IMG/VR virus record: IMGVR_UViG_3300027881_000018
Span: 1-53,002 of that record
DNA length: 53,002 nt
Source of the DNA: a virus
Lineage: Duplodnaviria > Caudoviricetes
Direction: 5' to 3' (one strand)
In this document: positions 43,865 to 53,002 of the stretch, one piece after another
How the letters are laid out: each line of letters starts with the position of its first letter
How positions within the stretch are numbered: the first letter of the stretch is position 1
Program-made: the position numbers and the translations under genes
Notes under the pieces: model-generated
Told to the model about the DNA's origin: nothing
Database searches by the model: none
What the model saw: the letters and a program-made list of their open reading frames with translations, nothing else

Positions 43865-45166
43865 TTACCGAAGCGCGACCTTTGCCGCATCGTTGTTGAG
43901 GATGATCCCGCCCTCGCGGCGGAAGAAGTACCAGCGGATGAAGCCGGGGTTCGTGATCTCGTCGCGGATCACTCGAACGTCTGACCTCTGCACCAGCAGA
44001 TAGAAGCGACCCCAGTTGCCGAAGGCAATCGGCGTGGTCGTCAGCGGGCTGTCTGGCCCGGTCTGCATGTCTTCCCAGACCACGAAGCTGAAGCCGACGA
44101 TCGTCGAGGGCTGGCCGGCGATTAGGCTCGGCTGCCACAGGTACTGACCGTTGCTGTCCTTCGCTCGCCTGATCTGACTCAGGATGGTGCTGTTCATCGT
44201 GAACGCGGCGCCTTGTCTGTACGCGCTATTCAGCGTGTAGATCAGGGAGATCACGTGCTCGGTGATGTCGTCCGGTGACGGAGCAGCGACGAACTGGCAC
44301 GCCTCGGCGCTACGCAGCGGGCTCGCGCCATCTGCCGTAGATACCGGAGACGTATTCAGGAAGCCGGTCGGCTTGTTGGTGCCGTCGCCGAGAATGACCG
44401 CAAGGCCCTCCTCCTTGGCGAACTCCTGCGCGACGCTGCGAGACAGCCAGCCGTCCACGGATGCGAGATCCATAGCCGCCCACTGAGTCGCCTCTGGCCG
44501 AGCGTACAGCTCGCCCATCGTCGGTGCGCGTTGCCTGAGCTGCGGGGTGCCGGTCACGCTTCGCGCGTCGGCCTCTCCGACCCAGCCGGATCCGGTACCG
44601 AGGATGTCCACCACCTGCTTGAAGTCGTTGGTGGTGATGTCAACGACCGGGATCAGCTGCCTCACTGGTGACAGCAACTGCTCCATCGTCTCGACCTCGG
44701 CCCTGATGACCTCTGGCAGTAGGAACTCGCCCGATGCGCCTGCGGTCAGATCGACGCGCTTCTGCTCGTCGCTGTAGCTGGCGATGACTCGCTCCTGTAC
44801 TTGGTGCAGCTTCTCCGTATCTCCGTGCCTGCCGCCCGATCGCAGCATCTTGTAGAAGGCTTCCCGATGCTCCTCGTGCAGCTTCTTCGTGACGTCGCCG
44901 CCAGCGCCTCCGGCCTGATACAGAGCTTCCAGCTCCTCGATGCGCTCCTTGTAGGCGCTCATCATTGTGTCGATCTCCGTTTTCTTCGTCTCGGCCTTGG
45001 TTACGGCCTCCTCGATGCGATCGAGCTTTTCCTCGATCTCAGAGACTGACTCGTTGCTGGCTTTCTGTTCCAGCATCGTGTCGTTCGTCTCCTTGAAGGC
45101 GGTGACCGCCGTGCCGAGCTCCTCGATAGAGTCGCGAAGCTCGCTATATTTCGGTTCATTGTCCAT
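43865..45166 (-). CDS. Major capsid protein (HK97 fold)
   Basis: Coiled-coil delta domain; GDGTNKPTG; KDSNGQYLWQP; IAFGNW. Confidence 0.95.
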   Translation of the reverse strand: MDNEPKYSELRDSIEELGTAVTAFKETNDTMLEQKASNESVSEIEEKLDRIEEAVTKAETKKTEIDTMMSAYKERIEELEALYQAGGAGGDVTKKLHEEHREAFYKMLRSGGRHGDTEKLHQVQERVIASYSDEQKRVDLTAGASGEFLLPEVIRAEVETMEQLLSPVRQLIPVVDITTNDFKQVVDILGTGSGWVGEADARSVTGTPQLRQRAPTMGELYARPEATQWAAMDLASVDGWLSRSVAQEFAKEEGLAVILGDGTNKPTGFLNTSPVSTADGASPLRSAEACQFVAAPSPDDITEHVISLIYTLNSAYRQGAAFTMNSTILSQIRRAKDSNGQYLWQPSLIAGQPSTIVGFSFVVWEDMQTGPDSPLTTTPIAFGNWGRFYLLVQRSDVRVIRDEITNPGFIRWYFFRREGGIILNNDAAKVALR

Positions 45167-45812
45167 TTCGTAAATCCTGTGCGAGCGTCCTGAGCGTGTC
45201 GCTCAGTTGCCCGATGTCTGGTGACTGTCCGTTGCCAGAGTGAGTGTCCCACTCGCTGTCGTCGGTCTCTTTTCTAATCAGGGCCGCAACGTGCTTGGCG
45301 CTCCGTTTGTTCAGCCCGTAGTCCTCTCTGAGACTACGTTCCAACTCTCTGCGCGTGGCGTGCTTTACACCCGCGATCCGCGCGTCCGGGTTCATTGGAA
45401 ATGTTGCCAAGCTGACCTCGATGAGATCAACCCGCTTCAGGACGCGAACCTCGTCCTCAAATTCAAAGTCCTTCGGGATGTAGCCGATTGACAGGCCCTT
45501 CACGGCGCCCTGCTTGGCGAGTGAGCGCGCCTCGCGGCCCTGCTGTACGTCGAGGTTGATGTCACCCTCTACGACCAGACCTTTGGCGCTCTCGCGCAGG
45601 CCGTCCCACAGGCCGATCGGTGCGTCGGAGAAGTGCTGCCACAGCATCGGCACGCCGTCCTTGAGCTTCTTCAGCGTCTCCTTGAAGGCGCCGCGCTCGA
45701 TGCGATCGAAGCCGAGGTCCACGTTGCCGAATACCGCGCCCAGTCCCTCGATGCGGCCGTCGTCCTGCAGTGCTTTGATCTGCAAACCGCAGTCCAGCCA
45801 TAGTCGTCTCAT
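45156..45812 (-). CDS. Prohead protease (HK97 family)
   Basis: MLWQH...GLSIGY...EVSLATFPMN. Confidence 0.95.
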   Translation of the reverse strand: MRRLWLDCGLQIKALQDDGRIEGLGAVFGNVDLGFDRIERGAFKETLKKLKDGVPMLWQHFSDAPIGLWDGLRESAKGLVVEGDINLDVQQGREARSLAKQGAVKGLSIGYIPKDFEFEDEVRVLKRVDLIEVSLATFPMNPDARIAGVKHATRRELERSLREDYGLNKRSAKHVAALIRKETDDSEWDTHSGNGQSPDIGQLSDTLRTLAQDLRNGQ

Positions 45813-45841
45813 GGCGCTCTCCGTTTTCTGCTGTCAGTTAT

Positions 45842-46156
45842 TCAGGCTGCTTCAAGCACGACGTCCACGCCGCGCGGGAACTGATCGTCAACGATCTCCA
45901 AGTCTCCGAGCGGCTTGCCGAGCATACGCTGTCTGAACTTGTACCTGCTGGCGTCCTCGTCGAGAGACCTGAACGGCAGCTCGTGGTCGTCTAGGAATAC
46001 CAGCGCGTGGCTGCGATCCCATCCCTCGCCGTGATTGATGCGAGCCGGGCTCTCGGTCTTACTAAACCGCACTGAGAGCAGTCGATCCTGTATCTTCGTC
46101 AGACTCGCCTTCCGCAGGCTCGTCGCCAGTTCCCTCATCTCCAGTGTCGTTCTCAT
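45842..46156 (-). CDS. Hypothetical head-region protein overlapping the portal C-terminus
   Basis: LSVRFSK...W...AL.FLDDH...DEDASRYKFRQ; fills the gap before the protease; start uncertain. Confidence 0.5.
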   Translation of the reverse strand: MRTTLEMRELATSLRKASLTKIQDRLLSVRFSKTESPARINHGEGWDRSHALVFLDDHELPFRSLDEDASRYKFRQRMLGKPLGDLEIVDDQFPRGVDVVLEAA

Positions 46157-47366
46157 CGATGTTACTCCCCATCTGAGGATTCGCGTAGGCGTCTCCGCCC
46201 GGATCGGTGCGCGGATTCATGCCTTCGCGAGCCCTGATCTCGTTCGGATTGATGGCCCCGACGCGGTGAAGCTTCTCGTAGCCATCGACCCTGCTCTTGA
46301 AGTCGGCGCGAACCGCTGCGTCCATGTCGAATCGTACCACCACGCCCTTGCGCCTGTCACTGACCGTTAACAGATCGCGCTCCATGGCCTGCTCGAACAG
46401 CTTCACGTACGGCAGCATAACGTCCTGACTGAACTCGACGCCCTGATGCTCGATGTTGCTGAAGGTGGCTCGCTCAAGGTCGGCCAGCTTGTGCGGCGGT
46501 ACTCCCCACACCGAAGCGATCTCGGTGCGCTGAAACTTGCGTGCTTCGAGTAGCTGCGCGTCCATCGGCTTGAAGGTCAGCTCCTTGGCCTCCATCCCCT
46601 CGGGCAGCATTCCGACGCCGCCGCGATCGCCGCCCTTGCCGTAGGTCTGCTCAAACGACTTGACCCACATGTCGTACTGCTCCTTGCTCGTGAACTTGCC
46701 GCCAGTCAGCAGCAGGGCCGGGATGGCGCCGTTGCCGTATAGCTCGGACAACAGTCGCTCGGCGGCCAGACACAGGCCGATTGCCTCTGTGGCCTCCTCG
46801 ACGGGTGAGTCGCCCTTGGAGCCGTCCACGCTGATGCCGCCGGTGATGTGCAGGATCTTGTTAGCCGTGAACTTGCGCTCGCCGGCCTTGAGCCGAACCG
46901 TGTAGATGGGATTCAGCGGATCGTCGTCGTTGATCGAAACGGTGTCGGGATGCACCGGCCTGAGAAACAGAATCGGCCCGGTCGCACCCTGCCCCTTGAT
47001 CGAGTAGTGGTTCCCCCACAGCGCAACGTGCGTCATGGCGCGCCTGAAGAACTGGGTCTGAGTCTGACGTCTGTTCGGCACTCGCAGCAGCCGCACTACG
47101 GAGTGGTTCGGCAGAGGCTCCAGCGTGACCTTGCCGTCGTCGTCCTTGATCTCCTTGAACACCGAGGGCGGGAACGATCCGATGGCGTTGGTCAGCGCTC
47201 GGACGATTGCGTGAACCGTGCTGCACCGCATGGCGTTCGCTGGCGTTACGTTCTCGCCCGACGCGGCAACGTTGGTGAGCATCAGCCGAATGATCTCGTC
47301 GAAGCTCCTGTCCTTCGACTGTATCGACGAGCCGCGGCCCCAAGTGGAAGGTCTGAGAATGTTCAT
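46062..47366 (-). CDS. Portal protein (HK97 family)
   Basis: DAQLLEARKFQRTEIASVWGVPPH...TFSNIE...NPNEIRAREG. Confidence 0.95.
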   Translation of the reverse strand: MNILRPSTWGRGSSIQSKDRSFDEIIRLMLTNVAASGENVTPANAMRCSTVHAIVRALTNAIGSFPPSVFKEIKDDDGKVTLEPLPNHSVVRLLRVPNRRQTQTQFFRRAMTHVALWGNHYSIKGQGATGPILFLRPVHPDTVSINDDDPLNPIYTVRLKAGERKFTANKILHITGGISVDGSKGDSPVEEATEAIGLCLAAERLLSELYGNGAIPALLLTGGKFTSKEQYDMWVKSFEQTYGKGGDRGGVGMLPEGMEAKELTFKPMDAQLLEARKFQRTEIASVWGVPPHKLADLERATFSNIEHQGVEFSQDVMLPYVKLFEQAMERDLLTVSDRRKGVVVRFDMDAAVRADFKSRVDGYEKLHRVGAINPNEIRAREGMNPRTDPGGDAYANPQMGSNIDENDTGDEGTGDEPAEGESDEDTGSTALSAV

Positions 47367-49078
47367 ATCACACGGACGACTCCTTCACCCGGAAAGTATG
47401 TCGCCTCCTGCGCCCGGAGACGGTTCAGCGCCATGAGCAGGGCCACGACGCCGTCGATCTTTCTGTTCGCCGCGCCCTTGCGCGGGTAGATATTATCCTT
47501 CTGGTCGCGCTTCACCTCAACGTTAGAAACCATCCACGTCAGCACCGGGCAGTTGTGGTGAAACGTGCCGTCCTTGACGTACGCCTCAAGCCACTTCATC
47601 GGCTCGCTGAAGTTTAGCACCGTCGGCCGCACGTCGACGACGAGTATGCCCTGTTGTGCCATGTGGACGCCGTACTGAGTCGAGTTGTGCATCGGATCGA
47701 CCGCGAGCTCGACCAGATTAAATATGCCGCTGACCTCCGCGAGCGTGTCGGCCTCGATCTGGTCAACGTCGATGACGTTGCCCGGCGTGGTTCTCATGTG
47801 GCCCGCGCGCACCCAGCCGTCGTACTGCGCGTTTGGATCTTCCAGTACCGCCGTCTCTGGCAGCCAGTGGCGCATGAAGCAATAGATGTGCTGCTTGCCG
47901 TCGATCTCGCGCTCGAATAGCTGCGCCATCGAGTTCACGTCGATCTTTGACGCCAGATCCAGACCGCCGTAGGTGTCCTCGCCGAGGAAGTCTTCGAGCT
48001 TCAGGTGCGGGTCGTGGCACGCCTCCCACTTCCGCATGTCCATCCACGCCTCTGCGGCGTTGACCCAGACGTTCATCCGCTTGGTCAGGAAGGCGTTCAC
48101 CTGACTGACGACCTCCGTCGCCTTGCGGCACAGGTTCTCCATGTCCAGCGGGTACACGGAGACACCGAGATTGGGGTTGGACTTGATCCACACGTCGCGG
48201 TCGGTCCAGTCGTCGTCCTTGTCGAGCGTGTAGATCACGCCGAAGAACGAGTCGTCCTCGATCTGGCCCTCAAGGATTCTGACGAGGTAGGTGCGCAGCT
48301 CGTAGCAGATCCCGCTGGTGTCGCTGCCCGCCGTGGTGATGTTGAAGATCAAGGGCTGAAGCCGAGATCCGGTCGCCGTCTCGATGACGTTGTACACGTC
48401 GCGGTTCTTCCACGCGTGCAGCTCGTCGTTCAGCGCACAGTGGATGTTGTAGCCGTCAAGGGTCTCGCCCTGAGCGTGCAGCGCCTCGAACAGGGACGCC
48501 GTCTCCGGCTTGTTGATGTTATGCGCCCGTACCTCAAGGGGTAGCTCGGCGGTTCTTTTGGCCATCGCGTTGGCGATGCCGAACACGATCTTGGCCTGAT
48601 TGCGGGTAGTTGCGGCTGAGTACACCTCTGCCCCGGCCTCGCCGTCCTCCTCTAGCATGTACAGGCCGATGGCTGCCGCCAGCGTGGACTTGGCGTTCTT
48701 GCGGGCGACCTCCTCGTAGCAGGTTCTGAATCGTCTCGTGTTGGCGCGGATCGTCAGGGCGCCGTCCGCGTCGCGGATGTCTGCCGCGTGCAGCCAGCCG
48801 AAGATGTTGCAGACGCTGAACATCTGCCACGGTTGCAGCACGATCAGCTCGCGCCGCTTGGCCCACTCGCCCTTGATGTGGGGCAGCATCTCTATGAAGC
48901 TGCAGGCGCGCTCTGCCGCCGCCGCGTCGAAGTACCACGGCGCGTCCTCGCGCTCAAGGTCGCTCAGGAACCTGCGGCAGGATAGCCGGGTTAGGCGGCA
49001 CGTGGTTATCTGGCGCTCGCACACGTCCTCGGCGTACTTGATCGCCGCCGTAACGTGCCGATTCGGGTCGTGGCTCAC
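47363..49078 (-). CDS. terL: Terminase large subunit
   Basis: Walker A VARKNAKST, DELH, ITTAG, GLDLAS, KIDGVVA. Confidence 0.97.
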   Translation of the reverse strand: MSHDPNRHVTAAIKYAEDVCERQITTCRLTRLSCRRFLSDLEREDAPWYFDAAAAERACSFIEMLPHIKGEWAKRRELIVLQPWQMFSVCNIFGWLHAADIRDADGALTIRANTRRFRTCYEEVARKNAKSTLAAAIGLYMLEEDGEAGAEVYSAATTRNQAKIVFGIANAMAKRTAELPLEVRAHNINKPETASLFEALHAQGETLDGYNIHCALNDELHAWKNRDVYNVIETATGSRLQPLIFNITTAGSDTSGICYELRTYLVRILEGQIEDDSFFGVIYTLDKDDDWTDRDVWIKSNPNLGVSVYPLDMENLCRKATEVVSQVNAFLTKRMNVWVNAAEAWMDMRKWEACHDPHLKLEDFLGEDTYGGLDLASKIDVNSMAQLFEREIDGKQHIYCFMRHWLPETAVLEDPNAQYDGWVRAGHMRTTPGNVIDVDQIEADTLAEVSGIFNLVELAVDPMHNSTQYGVHMAQQGILVVDVRPTVLNFSEPMKWLEAYVKDGTFHHNCPVLTWMVSNVEVKRDQKDNIYPRKGAANRKIDGVVALLMALNRLRAQEATYFPGEGVVRVI

Positions 49079-49494
49079 TGTGACTGAACCCGCGTCCGCG
49101 AGCTGGGCGTCATGCCGAACTCGGTCAGTATGTCCATGCAGGTCCGCTGGGCCTTGTTTGCGATCGCCAAGAACGGGTTTTGGATCGGGTATCCCTTCGG
49201 GCTCTTCACGATCATGCCCATCTCGCGAACCTTGATGACTGAGTCTCGCCAGCGAACGAAGTTGACTGCGTATATCGAGAGGGCGTCGATGTCGTACTCG
49301 GTCATCACCCTCATGCGCGCCAGCTTCGCGGCGTTGTCGGTAAAGACGGCCGTCTCGTCTGGCTCAAGGTGACTCGGGGCATCGGGAATGGTGACGGGTA
49401 CGACCGGCTCGTCCGCATTCATCCGGTCTGGACGATCCGTGCCCCGTATTAGGCGCAGATTTCTTGGTGTCGGCTTCGGCCCTCGCTTACTCAT
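49075..49494 (-). CDS. terS: Terminase small subunit (P27 family)
   Basis: RGPKPTP...QNP...EFGMTPSSR. Confidence 0.93.
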   Translation of the reverse strand: MSKRGPKPTPRNLRLIRGTDRPDRMNADEPVVPVTIPDAPSHLEPDETAVFTDNAAKLARMRVMTEYDIDALSIYAVNFVRWRDSVIKVREMGMIVKSPKGYPIQNPFLAIANKAQRTCMDILTEFGMTPSSRTRVQSQ

Positions 49495-50407
49495 CGCTCG
49501 CGTCTTCCTCGATCATCGCTCGCAGCGCCTTGCTCGCTGTCTCGCGCCCCTCTACGGTTCGCAGCACCATCTTGTACTTGTCGTTGCTCCTGATCTTATC
49601 CCAGTCGATGTCTGTCCGTCTCCTCAGGGGCGTGTCGAAGTGCTGCCAGTTCTTCTTGATCTCAAAGTGCGGCCTCTCGAATCTCCTGTCGACGCTCGCC
49701 ACCTGCGGCCACGCTCGCTCAAGCAGCCGCGCCCCGCGCAGCCTGCCGTCGCCGTCGTAGAGCTTGCCCATGCCGCCCGGCATCTTCATGGTCGGAACCT
49801 TCTGGCACAGAAAGGCGTTTAGCTGCACCGTACACCAGCCGTCTGACAGCACCTGCAGGCACATGTCCACGTCGTCGTTCTGCTCTAGCCGCCACCGCTG
49901 ACTCAGCTCATTCAACACCAGCGTGCAGGAGTACACGTGCGCGTTCAGCACGAACGGCGGCTGCGGTACGCCCGCGAAGTTGACGTAGTTCAGGCCAGCG
50001 ACGGCGACGTTCTCGTAGCGATCGCAAAAGTCCTCGCACGCGGCCAGCGCGATGCCTGCGCGGATCGGCAGCCGCTTCTGCCTGTGCATCCGACAGAGGT
50101 ACCGGATGTTGTCGTCGAGCTGCCAGTGCCGCTTGTCGCCTCGCGCTACAGAGTGATCCTTGATCCAGTTGCGGGCCGCCACCAGTCCCTTGTCTGACCA
50201 CGGCAGAACCAGCACCTCGGCTGCCGGGTATCGCTTCTCGTACTCCTCGGCCTGATGCGGCTCGGCCACGATGTAGTGCGGAACCTTGTCGCGCTCCAAG
50301 AACCTCAGCGTCGGCGCGGGTGCAGGCGGCAGGTGATCCCACCTCCGGTGCCGGATCTCGTAGCGGTCCTTGGACGGTACGTATATGGGGTAGCGCGGCT
50401 CGATCAT
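49487..50407 (-). CDS. GREB1/TAGT-like GT-A glycosyltransferase
   Basis: YPIYVPSKDR, ARNWI, HWQLDDNI, NDDVDMCLQVL.DGWCTV motifs. Confidence 0.75.
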   Translation of the reverse strand: MIEPRYPIYVPSKDRYEIRHRRWDHLPPAPAPTLRFLERDKVPHYIVAEPHQAEEYEKRYPAAEVLVLPWSDKGLVAARNWIKDHSVARGDKRHWQLDDNIRYLCRMHRQKRLPIRAGIALAACEDFCDRYENVAVAGLNYVNFAGVPQPPFVLNAHVYSCTLVLNELSQRWRLEQNDDVDMCLQVLSDGWCTVQLNAFLCQKVPTMKMPGGMGKLYDGDGRLRGARLLERAWPQVASVDRRFERPHFEIKKNWQHFDTPLRRRTDIDWDKIRSNDKYKMVLRTVEGRETASKALRAMIEEDASDE

Positions 50408-51228
50408 GTCTGGCCGCCCCTTCTCTTGCGCCAGAACATCGGGCGGCTGTTCCACAGCGTCGTCTGCATCTTGTCGTAGCCGAGCTTTCGCAGCGCCTTG
50501 TTGAATAGCTTCGACGTCTGCCTTCCGCCGACTGTCCTGCCGAATATCTCGTAGTCCACGAAGTGCCCGGTGGACAGCGTGCCGAACGAGTTTGCGATCA
50601 GCAGGTACCGCGGCTGAAGGTACTCGATGACCTCGAACAGGTGGGAGATCGGCGCGAGAATATGCTCGAAGTACTCGCTGGCGAACACGAGGTCGGTCTG
50701 CCCCTCGGCGTCCATGACGGTCGCGGCCATCGAGAATCCGTAGCGGTCGCCCATCACTGTCGCGACGCTCATCTGCACCGTGCCGTCGAGGTTCGTGCCG
50801 ACGACCTCGGCCTCTGGAAATAGCTGCGCGAGCGCGGCGGTCGAGTGGCCGCAGCCGCAGCCGAGATCGACGACGCGCCGCACGTGGCCCATGCTGCCGA
50901 CGATGCCCGCTGGCGGCATTGACTTGTCCTGCTGGATCTCCGTCAGGTACTTGCGCGAGTAGATGATCCACGACGACCACAGGTCGCCGACGTACTCGTC
51001 GGTGTCGTACACGGCGTAGTCTGGCTCGGGCAGAGAGTCGTACCAGCGCCTCTCCAGATCGATCAGCTCCGGTGCGTTGTCCGGCTGCGTCACGCTGCCG
51101 TTCTTCCAGCGAACCGTGCTCCTGCAGATCTCTCCGATCTTCTCCTCGTCGATCTCGCGGAACGAGCCGAAGTCACTCAAGAATACCTGAAGCGTATCGC
51201 TCGGATTCTCTTGGAGGATTGTGTTCAT
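50404..51228 (-). CDS. Class I SAM-dependent methyltransferase
   Basis: VVDLGCGCG...FASEYFEH; ATGA coupling on both sides. Confidence 0.8.
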   Translation of the reverse strand: MNTILQENPSDTLQVFLSDFGSFREIDEEKIGEICRSTVRWKNGSVTQPDNAPELIDLERRWYDSLPEPDYAVYDTDEYVGDLWSSWIIYSRKYLTEIQQDKSMPPAGIVGSMGHVRRVVDLGCGCGHSTAALAQLFPEAEVVGTNLDGTVQMSVATVMGDRYGFSMAATVMDAEGQTDLVFASEYFEHILAPISHLFEVIEYLQPRYLLIANSFGTLSTGHFVDYEIFGRTVGGRQTSKLFNKALRKLGYDKMQTTLWNSRPMFWRKRRGGQT

Positions 51229-51950
51229 TGATCTTCGCTGGTCGGATCCGCTTCCTCGAAGATAACCGAGGTGATGTCGTCGTCCTCTCGCTCCGGCCAC
51301 CACGACGACCAGACCCTCACCTTGTAGTGGGCCTTCTGTGCGGACGGAACTAGGTCGAGACCGGCCAGCCGCATGAAGTCGTTGGTCTTGCAGAACTCGA
51401 CGCGGTCCTCGTTGTTGTCGAATGAGACTATGACCTTCAGCCTGTTCTTCAGCGGCTCGTAGTCCGGCATCCCCAGCCACTCGGCGGCGGCGTCAGAGTC
51501 CTTGATCTCCGATGCCGGGCGGGTAATCATCACCAAGCTGGCGAGCATCACGTCGTCGAAGCCGGTTCCCTCAAGCCCCCACTCGTCGAACTCCTTGACC
51601 TCCTTCAGAAGCTCGGTGAGCTCGCGGTCGTCGATCTCGGCGAAGCGGGCCAGCTCGTTGTCTGCGGCGAGTAGCTTGAGCGCCTGCGGTGAGTCCGGGT
51701 CGAGGTCCATCCGGATCGCGCTGACCGAAGTCCAGCCGATGCTCTTCGCGGCCCTGACCACGCCGTGTCCGGCCAAGATGGTCGAGTCCTTGGCGATTAC
51801 CACGTTTCGGTACTGGCCGTGCTGAGTCAGGCTCTGGCCGATGTGCTCGACCTGATCGTCGGTATGCTTGCGGTAGTTGCGCGGGTGTTCGGTGAGCTTC
51901 GCAAGCGCCACCGACTCGGCTCCGTATGTTCTCTCGACTGCCGCCTCCAT
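51225..51950 (-). CDS. ParB/Srx N-terminal domain protein with EWxGMP C-terminal domain
   Basis: HPRNYRKH...ILAGHGVVRAA...ADN; C-terminal EWLGMPDY...VSF...WWP; TAATG coupling. Confidence 0.85.
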   Translation of the reverse strand: MEAAVERTYGAESVALAKLTEHPRNYRKHTDDQVEHIGQSLTQHGQYRNVVIAKDSTILAGHGVVRAAKSIGWTSVSAIRMDLDPDSPQALKLLAADNELARFAEIDDRELTELLKEVKEFDEWGLEGTGFDDVMLASLVMITRPASEIKDSDAAAEWLGMPDYEPLKNRLKVIVSFDNNEDRVEFCKTNDFMRLAGLDLVPSAQKAHYKVRVWSSWWPEREDDDITSVIFEEADPTSEDQ

Positions 51951-52951
51951 TACTCGCACCTCATGCAGTGCCCGCAGACCGGGTGCTCGTGCCACTCGTT
52001 GGCGGCGTGCATCCGGCGCAGAGGCTCCATCTCCGACCACGCCTCCGCGAGCGTCATGCTCGCCACGTTGCCGAGCGCCAAGTCCTTGCTCGTCAGCTTG
52101 CAGCACGGCAGCATGACTCCCCTGTGATCGACGACGATCTGCTTGAACGGAAACTTGCAGCCCATGTCCGGGTCGCTGTAGTGAAACGTGAGCCCGGTCT
52201 CGACGTCCGGAACCTCGTTCATCTTCTGGAATGACACCACGTCCGCTAGGCCGACCCACTTCTCGGCGAACGCCTCGGCCTCGTGCTCGTTGAGCTGGTT
52301 CTTCAGAAAGCTGACCAGCACCAGCGGGAACTCGTAACCGGCCTCGTTGCGCTCTCGGATGAACGCCTCGACGTTGCCGACCACCCTGTCGAACCGGCCC
52401 GACGTTCGCTGACGATCGTACGTCTCTGCGGTCACCGCGTCGATGGAGCAGAACAGCTTGGTGAGGGTACTGCCCAGAAGTCTCTTGCGGCGCGGCGGCG
52501 TGAGCAGTAGCCCGTTGGTGACGAAGTAGATGTTGAGCATACCCCGCGCAGTCGCATACTCGATCAGCTCCTCGAGATCGCGCCGCATCAGGGGCTCGTT
52601 GATGTAATTCAGCTTGAGCGATCTGGCCCCGAGATCAACCGCCTGATCCACTAGGTTCTTGTAGACCCTGACCGGCATCGCGAGGTTCGGCCTCTGCTCG
52701 TAGCCGTGGAGGCAAAACGGACAGCTCATGTTGCAGCCGCCGTTCAGCTCCACGTCGAGCTGGATCGGGTGTGCCCAGAACTGTAGCCGCTCGCTCGCCT
52801 TGTACTTGGCGATGAACTCGGCCCACTGTCGCTCCTGAATCCACGGCGGGCAGCGGTTGAATGCGTCCCGGTTCCTGATGTCGAACCAGTTGTCCGTCTC
52901 GACGGCCTGCTCCGCTACCTGCGCCCTGTTCTGATTGGCTGCGTCAAACAT
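51950..52951 (-). CDS. Radical SAM protein with SPASM/twitch domain
   Basis: CNMSCPFC, NEPL, TNG; C-terminal CKFPF...PCC...GN...CGHC. Confidence 0.9.
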   Translation of the reverse strand: MFDAANQNRAQVAEQAVETDNWFDIRNRDAFNRCPPWIQERQWAEFIAKYKASERLQFWAHPIQLDVELNGGCNMSCPFCLHGYEQRPNLAMPVRVYKNLVDQAVDLGARSLKLNYINEPLMRRDLEELIEYATARGMLNIYFVTNGLLLTPPRRKRLLGSTLTKLFCSIDAVTAETYDRQRTSGRFDRVVGNVEAFIRERNEAGYEFPLVLVSFLKNQLNEHEAEAFAEKWVGLADVVSFQKMNEVPDVETGLTFHYSDPDMGCKFPFKQIVVDHRGVMLPCCKLTSKDLALGNVASMTLAEAWSEMEPLRRMHAANEWHEHPVCGHCMRCE

Positions 52952-52954
52952 TCG

Positions 52955-53002
52955 GTGTCTCTATACCCCCCCGGTTCAAATTTGACTACGCAAAAGTGTT
53001 GC
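52955..53002 (-). other. Probable cos-proximal genome start
   Basis: Minus strand GCAACACTTTTGCGTAGTCAAATTTGAACC plus G-run precedes the first gene. Confidence 0.45.

Larger units (their letters stand above)
1..53002. mobile_element. Apparently complete siphovirus-like phage genome (HK97-type head, cos-type packaging)
   Basis: Full set of terminase, portal, protease, capsid, neck, tail and lysis genes; no host housekeeping genes; HNH gene at one end and terminase-proximal genes at the other. Confidence 0.9.

Noticed and set aside
51225-51950. ParB as plasmid-prophage partition system
   Set aside because: No ParA or HTH seen; context is the terminase-linked modification cluster
49487-52259. 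Extended ORF-track versions (497, 358, 344 aa) of the modification genes
   Set aside because: N-terminal extensions overlap upstream genes; coupled ATGA/TAATG starts at 50407, 51228 and 51950 fit better

Overview
The window looks like an essentially complete ~53 kb tailed dsDNA phage genome (HK97-type head, long non-contractile lambda-like tail, probably a diderm host), linearised near its cos region. Most genes are on the minus strand. From the right end leftwards: (i) a four-gene modification cluster (radical SAM/SPASM, ParB-N protein, SAM methyltransferase, GREB1/TAGT-like glycosyltransferase) directly upstream of terS/terL; (ii) portal, protease, capsid; (iii) a neck module interrupted by a Maf/DUF115-like protein, a methyltransferase and two paralogous GT-B-like glycosyltransferases; (iv) tail genes with a -1 frameshifted chaperone, tape measure and tail tip; (v) a membrane-protein-rich lysis cassette; (vi) a plus-strand early region (DUF932, putative annealase, UDG-like, YqaJ exonuclease) punctuated by five copies of a 44-nt covarying hairpin, each just before an RBS; (vii) a minus-strand middle region; (viii) a second, separate putative appendage module with two long 20-aa-periodic Ala-rich proteins, then an HNH gene. 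I recognised no integrase, repressor, polymerase, helicase, tRNA or CRISPR. Best leads: the repeated structured-RNA element, a possible virion-glycosylation system with Ser-Pro loops in structural proteins, a packaging-linked DNA-modification cluster without TET/JBP, and the C-terminally anchored repeat fibres. All family assignments come from motif recognition by eye, not database searches.
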